From: an uncultured Haloferula sp.
GTDB lineage: Bacteria > Verrucomicrobiota > Verrucomicrobiia > Verrucomicrobiales > Akkermansiaceae
DNA length: 64,000 nucleotides
Reading direction: 5' to 3'
NCBI GenBank assembly: GCA_965652295.1
Contig: CBFGTS010000009.1
Location: forward strand, 1 to 64,000
In this document: positions 62,465-64,000 of the stretch, one piece after another
Layout of the letters: each line of letters starts with the position of its first letter
Numbering within the stretch: the first letter of the stretch is position 1
Translations under genes and position numbers: made by a program
The notes under the pieces: generated by a model
Told to the model about the DNA's origin: nothing
What the model saw: only the letters and a program-made list of their open reading frames with translations
The model's database searches: none

Positions 62465-64000
62465 TCAGGGCCGAGTTCCACGGAGCTGGACAAACAAACG
62501 CCCATCCTCTGCGTTCGATATCGGCAGCTCCACGATGATCAGGTCGTAATCCGTGGTGGATCCACCATCCTCGGTGACGGTGACCGTTACCCCATCGGCA
62601 TCGGGTTCGGAGCTGTCCGTTCCGATCGGAACCCCATTCCAGTTCCGGAGGTCGGTGCTCCAAGCGAAGCTCAGAGTGCTGTCCTCTTCGGAAGGATCAT
62701 AGCGCTCGAATGTCACGACCAGATTGCTTGACTCCGAATCCTGATCGAAAGTGTAGAGATCGTTCTCGAAAGCCAGCGGATCTCCACCCAGTTGATACTC
62801 GAGCACGTTCGGATAGTCATCCAAGTCAGGATTCTGGGGCACCCCGTCGTTGACACCCGCGGTCAGACCGTTGTCTTCCTTCCAGTTGTTGTACTCTCCG
62901 TCGATCTCGATCGTTCTGATGCTGAAGTTGTCGACCACGAAGGTAAACTCGGTGAGCGAAGGCGACGCGAAGTCGAGACCGTTGATGCGGATCCGCCACT
63001 CGTCGATGGTGGGCGAAAATATCGCCGCCTCGTATCCATAGGGGGCCGTGGTACCCGGATTTTCCAGAGGCACGGTCACGGTCACCGTCTCGCCAGAGGC
63101 CGAAGGGGTGACGACATAAAGGTTGGCCGAGCGTTCAGCGAAGGGGAGCGGATCTTCCGCCTGATTCTTCACCCATACCTCAATGCCACCGGCGGGCACA
63201 TAGCTGCTGGTTACGGTGAGGTCGAAAACCATCACGTAGTCGGTGAGGTTGGGGCTGGTGTTGCCACCGGCGGGGCCCGGCTGGATCTCGGGCACCCAAT
63301 CGAATCCCGAAGCGAAGAAGCCGCCACCGTCCGGCGTCGTCACCGTGTACTCCAAGGCGTTACCGCCATGGCCGTCATCGACCAGTTGGTTCGCACCATC
63401 GGACGCGGCGACGAAGCTGGCATCCAGGTAATTCTCGAAGCCATCGGCCACAAAAACGACCGGGAACACCTCCAGAGAATCCGGGATTCCGTTGCCGTTG
63501 ATGTCTCCCGGAATCGAGGCCGTGACGGACGGATTCGAACCTGCTTCGAACTCCTCTAGATTCGAGAAGCTGTCTGAATCCGGATCATCCTCCGCACCCC
63601 AAAGCGCGGAGTCGCCGAAGAAGGTGATTTCCCAAAAGTCAGGCAGACCATCAGGCTCGGAGTCGGAGCCAGAGAACGGGTCGTTCGGGTCGGTCAGGTT
63701 GTTGAATTCGATCAAATTGGTGTCGAGGTCGCCATCCGGATTGGTCGCACCGGTTTCGTCAAAGTCTCCGAAGTTCAGGAACTCCCAGCCATCGGGGAGA
63801 TCGTCGTTGTCGAGGTCCGGGCTGCTGTTGGGATCGGCCGGATTGGTGAAGTAATCTTCTTCGTCGGCGTCCGATACTCCGTCGTTGTCGAAGTCACCGG
63901 CGCCGTCGCGAAGCAGATTGCCGAAGAAGGGCAGCTCGAAGAATTCGTCGTCCAGCCCGTCGGCGTCCCGATCGAACATGTTCGAGTTGGGATTGTTGGG
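62465..64000 (-). CDS. C-terminal part of a large acidic secreted protein with TSP3-like repeats (5' end outside the window)
   Basis: Frame open to the window edge; repeated DxDxDGLxDxWExxxFG and E...TNP units; C-terminal WSTDLRNW...LFVQLR domain. Confidence 0.88.
   Translation of the reverse strand, partial: PNNPNSNMFDRDADGLDDEFFELPFFGNLLRDGAGDFDNDGVSDADEEDYFTNPADPNSSPDLDNDDLPDGWEFLNFGDFDETGATNPDGDLDTNLIEFNNLTDPNDPFSGSDSEPDGLPDFWEITFFGDSALWGAEDDPDSDSFSNLEEFEAGSNPSVTASIPGDINGNGIPDSLEVFPVVFVADGFENYLDASFVAASDGANQLVDDGHGGNALEYTVTTPDGGGFFASGFDWVPEIQPGPAGGNTSPNLTDYVMVFDLTVTSSYVPAGGIEVWVKNQAEDPLPFAERSANLYVVTPSASGETVTVTVPLENPGTTAPYGYEAAIFSPTIDEWRIRINGLDFASPSLTEFTFVVDNFSIRTIEIDGEYNNWKEDNGLTAGVNDGVPQNPDLDDYPNVLEYQLGGDPLAFENDLYTFDQDSESSNLVVTFERYDPSEEDSTLSFAWSTDLRNWNGVPIGTDSSEPDADGVTVTVTEDGGSTTDYDLIIVELPISNAEDGRLFVQLRGTRP

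Overview
High-GC bacterial chromosome segment, most likely Verrucomicrobiota (Luteolibacter/Haloferula-like). This is inferred from a PEP-CTERM protein, TSP3-like DxDxDG repeat proteins and overall gene content. The housekeeping backbone includes tsaD, aguB-aguA, an M32 carboxypeptidase, polA, dgt, purF-purM, heme O synthase with two SCO-like genes, ldhA and hslR. Four accessory blocks stand out. (1) At the left edge, a tandem unit of a small GIY-YIG nuclease and a rearranged initiator-tRNA-like sequence. (2) An S8 protease followed by a predicted extracytoplasmic TPR-CHAT protease, a divergent ECF sigma factor and an anti-sigma-like membrane protein. (3) A ~16 kb, 18-gene co-directional type IV filament locus with an ABC module, a His/Cys-rich accessory protein, PilT, a putative Cys3His metal-binding pilin, a PilM-PilN-like fusion, a secretin, PilB, PilC and coupled orphan genes. 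(4) A xylan-related block with a GH43-CBM6-GH30 fusion and two neighbouring secreted proteins that share an unassigned domain. No CRISPR array, rRNA, intact tRNA, integrase or transposase was seen. All assignments come from reading motifs by eye; no database searches were run. Start codons were re-chosen where the ORF track is clearly over-extended.
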